DNA of 64,000 nucleotides, from assembly GCA_963790025.1 (NCBI GenBank), contig CAWBMP010000002.1:416001-480000 (forward strand), read 5' to 3'. This stretch comes from Nitrospirota bacterium. GTDB taxonomy: Bacteria > Nitrospirota > Thermodesulfovibrionia > Thermodesulfovibrionales > Dissulfurispiraceae. Both the position numbers and the translations under genes were made by a program. Shown one piece after another: positions 53,037-62,776 of this stretch (position 1 is its first letter; every line of letters begins with the position of its first letter). The notes beneath the pieces are model-generated. The model searched no databases and had not been told where the DNA came from. It worked only from the letters and a program-made list of their open reading frames with translations.

Positions 53037-53122
53037 TTCAAATTATAGATTAATCCGGAAACTCATAGCAAGTTCAATGAAATACATTTAGGGGTGGAAT
53101 GGGTGACCCTATGTTAGCAAAT

Positions 53123-53154
53123 AAAAAAGACGGGCCTTGCGGCCCGCCTTTTTT
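53123..53154 (-). terminator. Intrinsic terminator of the porin gene
   Basis: AAAAAAGACGGGCC-TTGC-GGCCCGCCTTTTTT. Confidence 0.8.
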
Positions 53155-53199
53155 GCATCATTTCACGCATTATGCATTACGCATAACACATTTCGACAT

Positions 53200-54708
53200 T
53201 TAGAAGTTGAGGATGATGCCTTCCCTTACTGTGTAAGCATCTTTCGGGCTGGTTCCTGTTCCAACTGCGTGTAATGCCTGCCAGAAGTTTCCTGCCCAGA
53301 GGTAACCGCCCTCGACATAGAGCTTCAGGCCCTTGTCGATCATGTAGCTGATTGTAGCGTCAGCCTCTGTACCGATGTTCCTGCTGTTGGTAGCGCCACC
53401 TTCACTACCGATAGTGTAGTTAAGGCCAGTCGTTCCCTTAACAGTCTTGATATCGTGTGCAGCCTGCAGCTCCATGACCGCTACGTCAACATTCACGTCC
53501 TTCGTCACATCCGCATTACCATCGAGTTTCAGATACATGACGTTTTCAAGACCGCCGTATTGCGCACCGGCTGCATTGACCGTCCGGTAATCATACACAT
53601 AAGAAAAGTGTGGTACCGGGCCCTGGAAGGTTATGAAGGTCCCGTCTTTGTTGTTACTACTGCCGTCATTACCACTGCCATAGGCTGCTTCAAGAGTAAG
53701 CTTAACCGGGTTAAGTTTATAGCCTACGGCTGCTTTTGCGGCATAACCGCGGAAATTTTCATTGCCTGTACCGCCGAGTAAATTATGACCGCCGGAGATA
53801 CCAGTTATCTCTTCCGTCCCTGTCTGCACTTCTCCGTCTACCATCATTGTGAAACCAGAAATGGCGGTATTGGCATGGAGCCCGAAGTTCCACAGATGTA
53901 CATCGGGATCCAAAGTTGCACTTTGAGAGGCAGTTTCGCCCACATTCTGGACGTCGAGATAGGTTGCGTCAAAAGCAATGGCCGTATCCTTACTGGGTTT
54001 ATACTGTGCTATAAATGCATATCCATTGGTCGAATCGCTCAGATTAGTCGACTGATCTCTGAGCTTGAGGTAAACAGCATCAAGTTCGAGTTCCTTGACA
54101 GGGTTTACAAAGGCAACGATACCATCATCGCCGTAATACGAGTGGTCAAGGAATATGCCGTTAGGCAGTATTATGGGCTGATGACCAATCTTGAATCCTG
54201 CATTGACGCCGAGAAGACCGGTGCCCTGGTGCAGTATCCAGGCATTAAGAATGGAGAATCCAGGTTTTAAATTGTTGCCGACCTGGGCTATGGCTGGATA
54301 GCCCTTTGACAGGGTCCTTGGATCCTGAATAACGCCAGTAGCAGAACCCGGCGCCCCAGTAGCAGTGTCGTTGTTTGGAGCACCCCAAACCACACTATCC
54401 GGCGCACCAGTATCTCCTGTGTCGGTCTCAAGCTGAATGAAGCCGGTGGTGTTCGGAGTCACTTTGGCTTCAACGCCGAGTCTCACACGCTGATCAAAAA
54501 AATTGACATCAGGTGCGTTATTGGTAAAAGCCACGTGTCTGAAGTCATATCTTACCCTGATTTCACCGCTCAGCGTGATCGAAGCGGTGCCTTTAGCTAC
54601 TGCAGGTGTTGAGTCATCCGAGGGGATGTCGAGATGAATAGCAAAAGCACTGGCGGCAAAGCCCAGGACAAGCAGCATGCCTAAGAAAATCGCTAGAATT
54701 TTTTTCAC
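53200..54708 (-). CDS. Outer-membrane beta-barrel porin (alginate-export-like)
   Basis: Signal peptide (ASAFA), LSGEIRVRY, DQRVRLGVEA, amphipathic strands, C-terminal Phe. Confidence 0.85.
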   Translation of the reverse strand: MKKILAIFLGMLLVLGFAASAFAIHLDIPSDDSTPAVAKGTASITLSGEIRVRYDFRHVAFTNNAPDVNFFDQRVRLGVEAKVTPNTTGFIQLETDTGDTGAPDSVVWGAPNNDTATGAPGSATGVIQDPRTLSKGYPAIAQVGNNLKPGFSILNAWILHQGTGLLGVNAGFKIGHQPIILPNGIFLDHSYYGDDGIVAFVNPVKELELDAVYLKLRDQSTNLSDSTNGYAFIAQYKPSKDTAIAFDATYLDVQNVGETASQSATLDPDVHLWNFGLHANTAISGFTMMVDGEVQTGTEEITGISGGHNLLGGTGNENFRGYAAKAAVGYKLNPVKLTLEAAYGSGNDGSSNNKDGTFITFQGPVPHFSYVYDYRTVNAAGAQYGGLENVMYLKLDGNADVTKDVNVDVAVMELQAAHDIKTVKGTTGLNYTIGSEGGATNSRNIGTEADATISYMIDKGLKLYVEGGYLWAGNFWQALHAVGTGTSPKDAYTVREGIILNF

Positions 54709-55031
54709 TTCCTAACCTCCTCAGGTTAGTTCAGTATATCCGCCAAAGGCGGATTTGCTTCTTACTGCCTATTTCTTAGTCTCTACTTTTTTTATCAACC
54801 CCCTTTTCTGTCTTGGATTTTGTTTCCGTATACGGAAACAAGCTTTATAAAACTATACACAACAATTAATTTAAAAACAAAAACTACCATATTGTATATA
54901 TTTCACTATAAATAATCAAGTGATAATTTAGTATCTGTCAAGCCGGACAAAAACAAAATACCGGTTTATGGACAGACACTACCGGGCATATCAACGAACG
55001 CAACAATTCTAATCTATTATATATTACAAAA

Positions 55032-55048
55032 AGCAACAATCATGCCAA
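55032..55048 (-). promoter_or_regulatory. Sigma-54 promoter candidate for the porin gene
   Basis: Minus strand TTGGCATGATTGTTGCT (GG-N10-GC). Confidence 0.65.
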
Positions 55049-55309
55049 CTGTAAGTGCCTAAATTAAAGACAAAAAAAGGATAGCTATTTATGCTACAAT
55101 GTGTCCATTATGCCACATTATGTGAAATAATAATACATTATTGTTATATTTATTAAAAATGGCGATGGGCAATAGGCTATGGACTATTCGAAAAGTTCCC
55201 ATCATTAGTCACCTTGTAAATATACACTGCTATATTTTTAGATTTTTGCCATACTTTAAGCTCTTTGAATCCTTCTTTCCCATAGCCTATCGCCTATTGC
55301 CTTGCCTTT

Positions 55310-55885
55310 TTATCGCCTATCGCGTATCACCTTCAGTATCTCTTTAAAACAGGCTGCAGAACGGATATTGTTATATGTAGCGGATGTTTTAATATATCCC
55401 CAGTTGTTATACCCCTTGTCAATGGCCTTTTTCAGCCACTTGCATGCCTCGAAGTCATTGCTGTTAGCAGCATAAAACTCTGCCATACTGTTCAACGCAT
55501 ATATATTGTTCGGGTTGAGCTCAATAGATTTCTTAATGTCACTCAAGGCTTCTTCAAATTTTTGCATTAGCATGAAAACAAAGCCCCTGTTATTATAGGC
55601 CATGCCGTTTTCCGGATTCAGTGCAATAGCCTTATCATAGTCTGAGATGGCATAATCGTAATTGCCTGTCTTATGATATGTATTGCCCCGGTTGATGTAG
55701 CAAATAGCAAAAGAGGGATTAAGTTCGAGGGCCCTGCCGTAATCGGTGATTGCAAAATCATAATCGCCCCGCTGCTGGTATGCATTTCCGCGATTATTGT
55801 ACGCCCTGTAATCCGCCGGGTTAGATTCGATGATCTTGCTGTACTGGGCTATTACATAGTCACTTTTTTCTTTTTTTTTGCTCAC
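55310..55885 (-). CDS. TPR-repeat protein
   Basis: Repeated AYNNRG...AIxDYxxAxxLNP; GTG start with GGAG. Confidence 0.88.
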   Translation of the reverse strand: MSKKKEKSDYVIAQYSKIIESNPADYRAYNNRGNAYQQRGDYDFAITDYGRALELNPSFAICYINRGNTYHKTGNYDYAISDYDKAIALNPENGMAYNNRGFVFMLMQKFEEALSDIKKSIELNPNNIYALNSMAEFYAANSNDFEACKWLKKAIDKGYNNWGYIKTSATYNNIRSAACFKEILKVIRDRR

Positions 55886-55978
55886 AAACTCTCCAAAGAA
55901 ACAGGTAGAGGTAAATGCAGAGGCAGAGATAAAGACACAAGACTTCACCTTTACCTATGCCTTTACCTGTCGTTTATA

Positions 55979-56053
55979 TGGTAGGCGATGTAGGGATTGA
56001 ACCTACGACCTCTTCCGTGTGAAGGAAGCGCTCTCCCACTGAGCTAATCGCCC
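55979..56053 (-). tRNA. tRNA-Val(CAC)
   Basis: Loop TTCACAC, CCA end. Confidence 0.93.
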
Positions 56054-56194
56054 TTTCTGCCTGAAAAGATACCATTTTCTCCCCCCTACCGTCAAATAGA
56101 GCTAAATGCTAGACGAACTTCAATTACTGAGGAACTGTCAAGAGGGTGTTACCCGAGACGGCATCGAAGAAGTTTCATTGTGTATAATACAAAA

Positions 56195-57340
56195 ATGAAG
56201 GCGAAGTGCGCTGACGGTCCGGAGCAAGCCCAATCCTTAAGACACTTTCATTGGCTGGATTCAATTCGTTTTATTGCGGCATTGCTGGTGCTGGTGGGGC
56301 ATGCTCGTTATGAGACTTTTGTTGAATTCGGCGCATTGTCGGCGGCCGATAAGACCCTTTACACAGGGATTGCATATGAATTCAGCAGGCTTGGAGATGA
56401 AGGCCTGGCAATGTTCTTTGTTCTGAGCGGGTTTCTGGTTGGGGGACGTGCTCTTGAGAGAATTGCATCAGGCTCATTTCGACCTGTTGATTTCACGATA
56501 GATAGGTTGGTAAGGATAATGCTGCCTCTTATCCCTGCTCTGGTTTTAACCGCTATTGTTCAGTTAGTGAGGAGTCAAAGTATCAATGTAATGCACTTAT
56601 TGGGTAATTTAATCGGGTTGCAGGGTGTCCTTGTTCCTCCATGTTCACAGAATGAGCCATTATGGACATTATCATACGAATTATGGTTTTACGTCCTTAC
56701 ATGGATTGTCGGTGTCATGGCTATAAACAGACATCATCTGCAGGCAGGCATTATGTTGATTATATTAGCCCTTGTTTTTACCTCTCTAAAATGCGTTTTT
56801 CTGTTTTGTTGGCTGATTGGGGTCTTTTTCTACATTTGCAGGCCGACTAAACATTCCCCGGGCATGATGCTGTGTTCAGTCGGTTTATGCTTATTCAGTA
56901 TTGCTGTCCATCAAATTGCGGAAGATTCTGCCTCGATTTCATTAAGTATAAAGCATTACATGCCATCCCTTGATGCTTCAAGGATTATTCTGTCAGCCAG
57001 TTTGGCGTTTCTTATGCAACAGCTGGTTATTGCTCCTCCAAAGAAAAAGGTGTTGACGAGATTTGATCAAATAGGTACCAGGCTGGCTGCATCATCCTAT
57101 TCCCTTTACATTACCCATTATCCGGTACTCCATCTAATGGTTTATCTTGGGCTGAAAAGGGCCAGCCATGTTAATTTAACAACGATAAGCATATTTTTTG
57201 CTGTCGTGTTATTTTGTTATTTGGTTTCCTGGTTCTTTTACCAGTTTTTTGAGAAGCACACGAATATTGTCAGAAAATTAATAAAGAACGGCGTTAATTC
57301 CTTTATTCAATCTGTTCCGCCTGCTTCAATGAGTTCATGA
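56195..57340 (+). CDS. Acyltransferase family 3 (OafA-like)
   Basis: LDSIRFIAALLVLVGH, FFVLSGF, LWTLSYELWFY, SYSLYITHYP. Confidence 0.9.
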   Translation: MKAKCADGPEQAQSLRHFHWLDSIRFIAALLVLVGHARYETFVEFGALSAADKTLYTGIAYEFSRLGDEGLAMFFVLSGFLVGGRALERIASGSFRPVDFTIDRLVRIMLPLIPALVLTAIVQLVRSQSINVMHLLGNLIGLQGVLVPPCSQNEPLWTLSYELWFYVLTWIVGVMAINRHHLQAGIMLIILALVFTSLKCVFLFCWLIGVFFYICRPTKHSPGMMLCSVGLCLFSIAVHQIAEDSASISLSIKHYMPSLDASRIILSASLAFLMQQLVIAPPKKKVLTRFDQIGTRLAASSYSLYITHYPVLHLMVYLGLKRASHVNLTTISIFFAVVLFCYLVSWFFYQFFEKHTNIVRKLIKNGVNSFIQSVPPASMSS

Positions 57341-57573
57341 GCCCATGCAATTCCCGCCGCCTGCAGCCTGATAACAAAACCATCGATGCCGCCCAGTTTT
57401 CGTGAATCATCCGGTTTATGTCGGCCAGCACCCTTTCAAATATCTGGGGCATAGAATTCTTCTTGCTGAACATGCTGAATAGATAGTGTCAAACATTCAT
57501 GGCTTCCAGTTTTATCAGGGGAAAGCTGTAGAGTCAGTTTTTTTATTTTATGGATAATTGGGCCCACCTAAAG

Positions 57574-58626
57574 TCATATTTTGTATTTTTGTTCAAAGCT
57601 GAAAGAGATAAAATTAAAGAAACGGTGAAGAATGAACGCAAGTGCGACAACTGACAAAATATAAATATATACACTATAACTTTGCTTAATGCCGGCGAGG
57701 GAAAAATAAAGATGATACACTTTCATGTGGATTAAATACATTTCAAGTGATAGTGCACCAATAAATCCAAAAACCTTTGAAGAAACAGACAATTTAAAAA
57801 AGATAATAAGTATCATAATCACGGATAGCATTAGTTTCAATATAGGAAACAATCCATATCCCCATAAATGTAATCTATACAAGACAAAATATGAACCAGA
57901 CACCAATAAAGCGGTGATGGCATAATGTTCAGAGAATAATTTGATTGCTTGTTCCCTGTACATTCCGAAAAAAATCCCCAGAGGGAAGCAAAAGCACGAC
58001 TCATACCACCAACTACCTTTACCAATTTCCTGACATATCACCATATAAACTGTAACAAGTAACACGATTATTAGAGGTGCTTTTTTTATCGCAAAATAAC
58101 GAAATGAACCCCAGAAGAAAAGGTAGAACAAAACAATTGTTATAATAAACCACTGAGTAGTGTCTATCTGTAAATTGATGCCAAGGGCAGATGCAAATAT
58201 GTATGCAAGTGGATAATATTTATGGCAAAAAAAATTCAATGCTAACACTGTAATACTATTTATGATTACAAATGGCAAATAGACTCTTAAAATTCTTTTA
58301 ATTAAAAAGCCTTGGAGATAATTCTGATTCTTCATGAGAGATACGGTGATTCCGTAAGCCGACAAGAAGAAAAAGATGCTAACTGCGTGTCCTCCAACCG
58401 GAATAAAAATGTTCATTAAGGCTGGCTGCTGCATTTGTAGAGCAATATGACTGATTATCACAACCAGAATAAACAGCCCTCTGTATTGATTTGTTGACTG
58501 TGGCGATAGAAAACTAGTATTAAATGTTTTAACATATATCTTAGCTCCATACAGAAATACTAATGGAATCAGAACAAATACAAGTAAGTATAAATATGAA
58601 TTATTGATAAACTGAAGTTTGCCCAC
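57574..58626 (-). CDS. Acyltransferase family 3 (AT-rich; start uncertain)
   Basis: RGLFILVVIISH, FFFLSAYG, WFI, SLEMYLIH. Confidence 0.85.
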   Translation of the reverse strand: MGKLQFINNSYLYLLVFVLIPLVFLYGAKIYVKTFNTSFLSPQSTNQYRGLFILVVIISHIALQMQQPALMNIFIPVGGHAVSIFFFLSAYGITVSLMKNQNYLQGFLIKRILRVYLPFVIINSITVLALNFFCHKYYPLAYIFASALGINLQIDTTQWFIITIVLFYLFFWGSFRYFAIKKAPLIIVLLVTVYMVICQEIGKGSWWYESCFCFPLGIFFGMYREQAIKLFSEHYAITALLVSGSYFVLYRLHLWGYGLFPILKLMLSVIMILIIFFKLSVSSKVFGFIGALSLEMYLIHMKVYHLYFSLAGIKQSYSVYIYILSVVALAFILHRFFNFISFSFEQKYKI

Positions 58627-58889
58627 AGTTATTAATTCTCCCTCCTTAGACCTCACATGTGAGATTATCTCCACCTGTGAATACAAAAAGCAAGAAAAAA
58701 AACAGCTGCAATCAATATTTTCTTGACACTTTTTTTGTCCTAAAGGATGGTCAAATGCAGGAGCGGACTCGTTGAACTGGCAGGCAAGGGCAACGTACTA
58801 TTATTATTCCTGATTCTTGTTCTCATTAACCATTTAACCATTGACCTTTAACCTTTAACCTGATTCATATGATATGATTAACTGGATAT

Positions 58890-60083
58890 ATGGAATTACT
58901 CGATTTCTCTCACATTTCGAAAACTTGTGGATACCTATCACAATATATCCATAAAACTCCGCTGGTCTACTCCAATTCATTCAGTGAAATGTTCGGTGCG
59001 GAGATATACCTTAAATCCGAGAACCTTCAAAAAACAGGCTCTTTCAAGGTCCGGGGGGCATTCAGCAAACTGTCCGGCCTGAATCCTGAAACAAGGGTCA
59101 TTGCTGCTTCGATGGGCAACCACGCTCAGGGGGTAGCATTTGCAGCCAGGCGCCTCGGCATGAAGGCGACAATTATTATGCCATTGCAGGCTTCCCTGAT
59201 AAAGCAGGAGGCGACAAAAGGGTACGGTGCGGAAGTTGTTTTATATGGTGAATCCTTTACAGACGCTCTCAATTATGCACTCTCGCTGAAACAGTATACG
59301 TTCATTCACGCTTTCGATGATGATGCGGTCATAGCCGGCCAGGGCACTGTAGGTATAGAGGTGCTGCATGATCTGCCCGATGCCGATGCCGTGGTTGTTC
59401 CGGTAGGGGGCGGCGGCCTCATTGCAGGTATGGCCATTGCCATAAAATCACTCTCACCCCGCACCGAAGTAATAGGTGTTCAGACTCTCTCTGCATCTTC
59501 TGCGTTCGAGTCATTCCACTCAGGAAAACTTATCGAAGTCCCGATTCAACCGACACTTGCAGATGGCATATCGGTGGGGAAAGTGGGGACCAGGACCTTT
59601 GGGATAATAAAAAAAAATGTCGATGACATGCTTAAGGTAACGGAGGAATCGATTGCCCGGGCAGTCCTCCTATGCATGGAACGGAAGAAGCTTGTAGTTG
59701 AAGGCGCCGGTGCAGTCCCGCTTGCTGCCCTGCTTGAGCACGGCGAACGTTTCAAAGGGAAGAAAATAGTCCTTATGATGAGCGGCGGCAATATCGACTT
59801 CACCGTTATCGACCGCATAATTCACAAAAGCCTCATTTCCAGCGGCAGAATCGGGGTGCTTAAGGTCATTGTCGATGACATGCCGGGCAGGCTTCATCAG
59901 CTGACAGGAATCATCGCCCGACACGGCGGCAATATTCTCAATGTCGTGCATGACAGGCTGGTTCAGGATATTCCTGTCGGGAAAACGCTTGTCATACTGA
60001 CACTTGAGGCAAGGGGTTTCGATCATATCAGAGAGATGACCACTGCAATCAGCGAGGCCGGGTTCAGCCTTTATTCCACATAG
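58890..60083 (+). CDS. ilvA: Threonine ammonia-lyase with C-terminal ACT domain
   Basis: KSENLQKTGSFKVRGA, SMGNHAQG, PVGGGGL, SGGNID. Confidence 0.93.
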   Translation: MELLDFSHISKTCGYLSQYIHKTPLVYSNSFSEMFGAEIYLKSENLQKTGSFKVRGAFSKLSGLNPETRVIAASMGNHAQGVAFAARRLGMKATIIMPLQASLIKQEATKGYGAEVVLYGESFTDALNYALSLKQYTFIHAFDDDAVIAGQGTVGIEVLHDLPDADAVVVPVGGGGLIAGMAIAIKSLSPRTEVIGVQTLSASSAFESFHSGKLIEVPIQPTLADGISVGKVGTRTFGIIKKNVDDMLKVTEESIARAVLLCMERKKLVVEGAGAVPLAALLEHGERFKGKKIVLMMSGGNIDFTVIDRIIHKSLISSGRIGVLKVIVDDMPGRLHQLTGIIARHGGNILNVVHDRLVQDIPVGKTLVILTLEARGFDHIREMTTAISEAGFSLYST

Positions 60084-60145
60084 ATAATTTTAAAATCACG
60101 AGTAACCGGACGCGAGGAAGAAACGTGGTTCAGCAACAAAATAAA

Positions 60146-60179
60146 AAGATCGGGATAAGTATTAACTTATCCCGATCTT
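60146..60179. terminator. Hairpin between convergent genes
   Basis: AAGATCGGGATAAGT / ACTTATCCCGATCTT perfect 15-bp arms. Confidence 0.7.
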
Positions 60180-60258
60180 CCCAAAAATCAAGCTGTTACC
60201 CGGAATATCCTTTCTTAGTTATAGATGTTGGAATTAATTCGTTTCTCTTACTATGACG

Positions 60259-60633
60259 TCATTTAACGGTTTCTTTGCTTTTGTCTTTACTGCCTGCTCC
60301 GCACTTGCAGTCCTTTCCGCAATGCCCGCACTTGCAGTTCTTGCCGTCTGCTCCGCACTTGCAGTCTTTTCCACAATGCTCACACTTGCAGCCCTTGCCG
60401 GCTGCTCCGCACTTGCAGTCCTTTCCGCAATGCCCGCACTTGCAGTTCTTGCCGTCTGCTCCGCACTTGCAGTCTTTTCCGCAATGCTCACACTTGCAGC
60501 CCTTGCTGTCTGTTCCCGATTTTAACTGTTTCGCATTGTCGTCAGCAGCGGATACATCCGTTAGTAAGGAAAAAGCACCTCCAAAAAAGAGCAGGCTTGC
60601 CATCAGGAAAATAACGCCCAATTTCTTTAACAT
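60259..60633 (-). CDS. Secreted Cys-rich repeat protein, metallothionein-like
   Basis: GGAGG RBS; signal peptide; 4 x CKCxHCGKDCKCGA. Confidence 0.85.
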   Translation of the reverse strand: MLKKLGVIFLMASLLFFGGAFSLLTDVSAADDNAKQLKSGTDSKGCKCEHCGKDCKCGADGKNCKCGHCGKDCKCGAAGKGCKCEHCGKDCKCGADGKNCKCGHCGKDCKCGAGSKDKSKETVK

Positions 60634-60750
60634 TCCTTCCTCCTTGCATGTAATCATTTTTGTACTTGAATATTAGCATAATTCTGAGACCCACTACCAG
60701 ACCCACTACCGGATGTTGACAACACTTTTTATCTGTGTTAAATAAAAAGC

Positions 60751-61584
60751 ATGTGGGAATATACTAAAAAAGTTAAAGATTATTTCCTCCATCCGAAAAA
60801 TGTCGGAGAGATAGAAAACCCCGATGCAGTGGGAGAGGTGGGCAGCATCATATGCGGCGATGCCCTCAAACTCACGCTTAAGGTGGACAAAGATACCGGC
60901 AGGATTGTCGATGCCAAATTCCAGACCTTTGGTTGTGCTTCTGCGATAGCAAGTTCATCAGCGCTCACCGAACTGGTTAAAGGCAAGACGCTCGACGAGG
61001 CGCTCAAACTTTCCAACAAGGATATAGCGGATTTTCTAGGCGGCTTGCCCGACGAAAAAATGCACTGTTCTGTAATGGGAAAGGAAGCGCTCGAAGCGGC
61101 CATTGCCGACTACAGGGGTGAAGCCCCTGTCCGTGAAGCGGGAGAGAGGGTCGTCTGCAAGTGTTTTGACGTGACCGAGGATAAGATCAGGAAGGTAGCA
61201 ATGGAGAACCATCTTGCTACGGTTGAGGAGATTACCAATTACACAAAAGCGGGAGGCGGATGCGGCACCTGCACCCCCGATATAGAAGCTATCCTCAGGG
61301 ACATATGGGCGTTGAAACCTCTACCTGAGATGCCCAAAGAAACCAGGAAGCTGACCAATCTCCAGAGGATTGCGCTTATCCAGGACATTATCGAACGGGA
61401 AATACGGCCGCGACTGCAGGCGGACAACGGGGATATAGAGCTTATCGATGTCGATGGCCCAAAAGTAATCGTTGCCCTGCGGGCGATGTGTGTCGGATGC
61501 CCTATGGGCGGGGTTACCGTTAAGGGGATAGAGGAAAAATTACGGGAACTCGTCAGCAGTGATATTGCAGTGGAGGCCCGATAG
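60751..61584 (+). CDS. nifU: Fe-S scaffold NifU (three-domain)
   Basis: CGDAL, FGCASAIAS, KMHCS; VCKCF...GGGCGTC; CVGC NifU-C domain. Confidence 0.95.
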   Translation: MWEYTKKVKDYFLHPKNVGEIENPDAVGEVGSIICGDALKLTLKVDKDTGRIVDAKFQTFGCASAIASSSALTELVKGKTLDEALKLSNKDIADFLGGLPDEKMHCSVMGKEALEAAIADYRGEAPVREAGERVVCKCFDVTEDKIRKVAMENHLATVEEITNYTKAGGGCGTCTPDIEAILRDIWALKPLPEMPKETRKLTNLQRIALIQDIIEREIRPRLQADNGDIELIDVDGPKVIVALRAMCVGCPMGGVTVKGIEEKLRELVSSDIAVEAR

Positions 61585-61588
61585 AAAA

Positions 61589-62773
61589 ATGACCACCATT
61601 TACCTCGACAATAACGCAACAACCGCCGTCGCCCCTGAAGTGCTGGAAACCATGCTTCCTTACTTCAAAGAGCTATACGGCAATGCATCCAGCATGCATA
61701 CCTTCGGAGGGCAGATCGGACCTGTTTTGAGAGCTGCGCGAGAAAAAGTCGCTGCGCTCATCGGCGCAGAGACCAATGAAATTATCTTCACAAGCTGCGG
61801 CACCGAAAGCGACAATACAGCAATAATGAGCGCACTCGAAATAAATCCTCACAGGAAACATATTATCACCACCAGGGTGGAACACCCGGCGGTATATAAT
61901 TTCTGCAAGCATCTTGCCCGCAAGGGTTGCCGCGTTACCTTTCTTCCTGTCGACAACATGGGCAGGCTTCAGATGGACGCCTTCTACAAGGCGCTTGACG
62001 ATGACACTGCCATCGTATCGATAATGTACGCCAACAATGAAACCGGCGTGATCTTTCCCATAGAGGAGATAGGGACAGCTCTCAGAGAGCGGGGCATTCT
62101 TTTTCACACAGATGCGGTCCAGGCGGCTGGTAAAGTCAACCTTGATATGAAAACGCTCCCGGTTGACATGCTTTCGCTTTCAGGACACAAACTGCATGCT
62201 CCTAAAGGCATCGGGGTGCTTTACGTACGAAAAGGGACCCGTTTTTGTCCTTATGTGATAGGAGGACATCAGGAACTCGGCAGAAGGGCCGGGACAGAAA
62301 ATGTCGCTTCGATTTTAGGTCTTGGCAGGGCCTGCGAGCTTGCTATGGAAAACCTTGAAACAGAAAGCACCTATTTGGGCAGGTTGAGAAACAAGCTTGA
62401 GAACTCTCTTCTGGCAACTTGTCCCGACGCAAGGGTCAACGGCGACACCACGCATCGCCTGCCGAATACAACAAACATAAGTTTTGAATTTGTCGAGGGA
62501 GAAGCGATTCTCCTGAGGCTTGACGAATACGGCATTTGTGCCTCATCAGGGTCTGCCTGCACTTCAGGTTCGCTCGAACCCAGTCATGTCCTGATAGCAA
62601 TGGGCGTCCCATTTACCGCGCTGCACGGGTCAATCAGGTTCTCACTCAGCCGCTACAGCAGCGAAGCGGAAATAGATAAAGTCATCGAGGTGCTCCCTCT
62701 CATCATAAAAGAACTGCGGATGCTCTCGCCCTACGGCAGGGGAAAATTGGCGTCCCGGGTATGCAAACCCTAA
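61589..62773 (+). CDS. nifS: Cysteine desulfurase
   Basis: YLDNNATT, HTDAVQ, SGHKLH, SSGSACTSGS. Confidence 0.95.
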   Translation: MTTIYLDNNATTAVAPEVLETMLPYFKELYGNASSMHTFGGQIGPVLRAAREKVAALIGAETNEIIFTSCGTESDNTAIMSALEINPHRKHIITTRVEHPAVYNFCKHLARKGCRVTFLPVDNMGRLQMDAFYKALDDDTAIVSIMYANNETGVIFPIEEIGTALRERGILFHTDAVQAAGKVNLDMKTLPVDMLSLSGHKLHAPKGIGVLYVRKGTRFCPYVIGGHQELGRRAGTENVASILGLGRACELAMENLETESTYLGRLRNKLENSLLATCPDARVNGDTTHRLPNTTNISFEFVEGEAILLRLDEYGICASSGSACTSGSLEPSHVLIAMGVPFTALHGSIRFSLSRYSSEAEIDKVIEVLPLIIKELRMLSPYGRGKLASRVCKP

Positions 62774-62776
62774 AGG

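Noticed and set aside
57303..57473. 56-aa minus-strand ORF between the acyltransferases
   Set aside because: No RBS or motif, and it overlaps the neighbouring gene's end
55310..58690. tRNA-Val-anchored integrative element
   Set aside because: No integrase, no duplicated tRNA 3' end, and the AT-rich genes lie on the tRNA's 5' side
60259..60633. Multiheme cytochrome c call
   Set aside because: No CxxCH motif; the His lies inside CxHC
60253..60676. Plus-strand repeat ORFs (PHLQSFPQC..., ALAVLSA...) and a possible CRISPR-like array
   Set aside because: Shadow frames of the 54-nt coding repeat; there are no unique spacers. The minus-strand frame has the RBS and signal peptide.
60751..62773. Nitrogen fixation inferred from nifU/nifS
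   Set aside because: A standalone NIF-type Fe-S system is common in non-diazotrophic anaerobes, and there are no nitrogenase genes here
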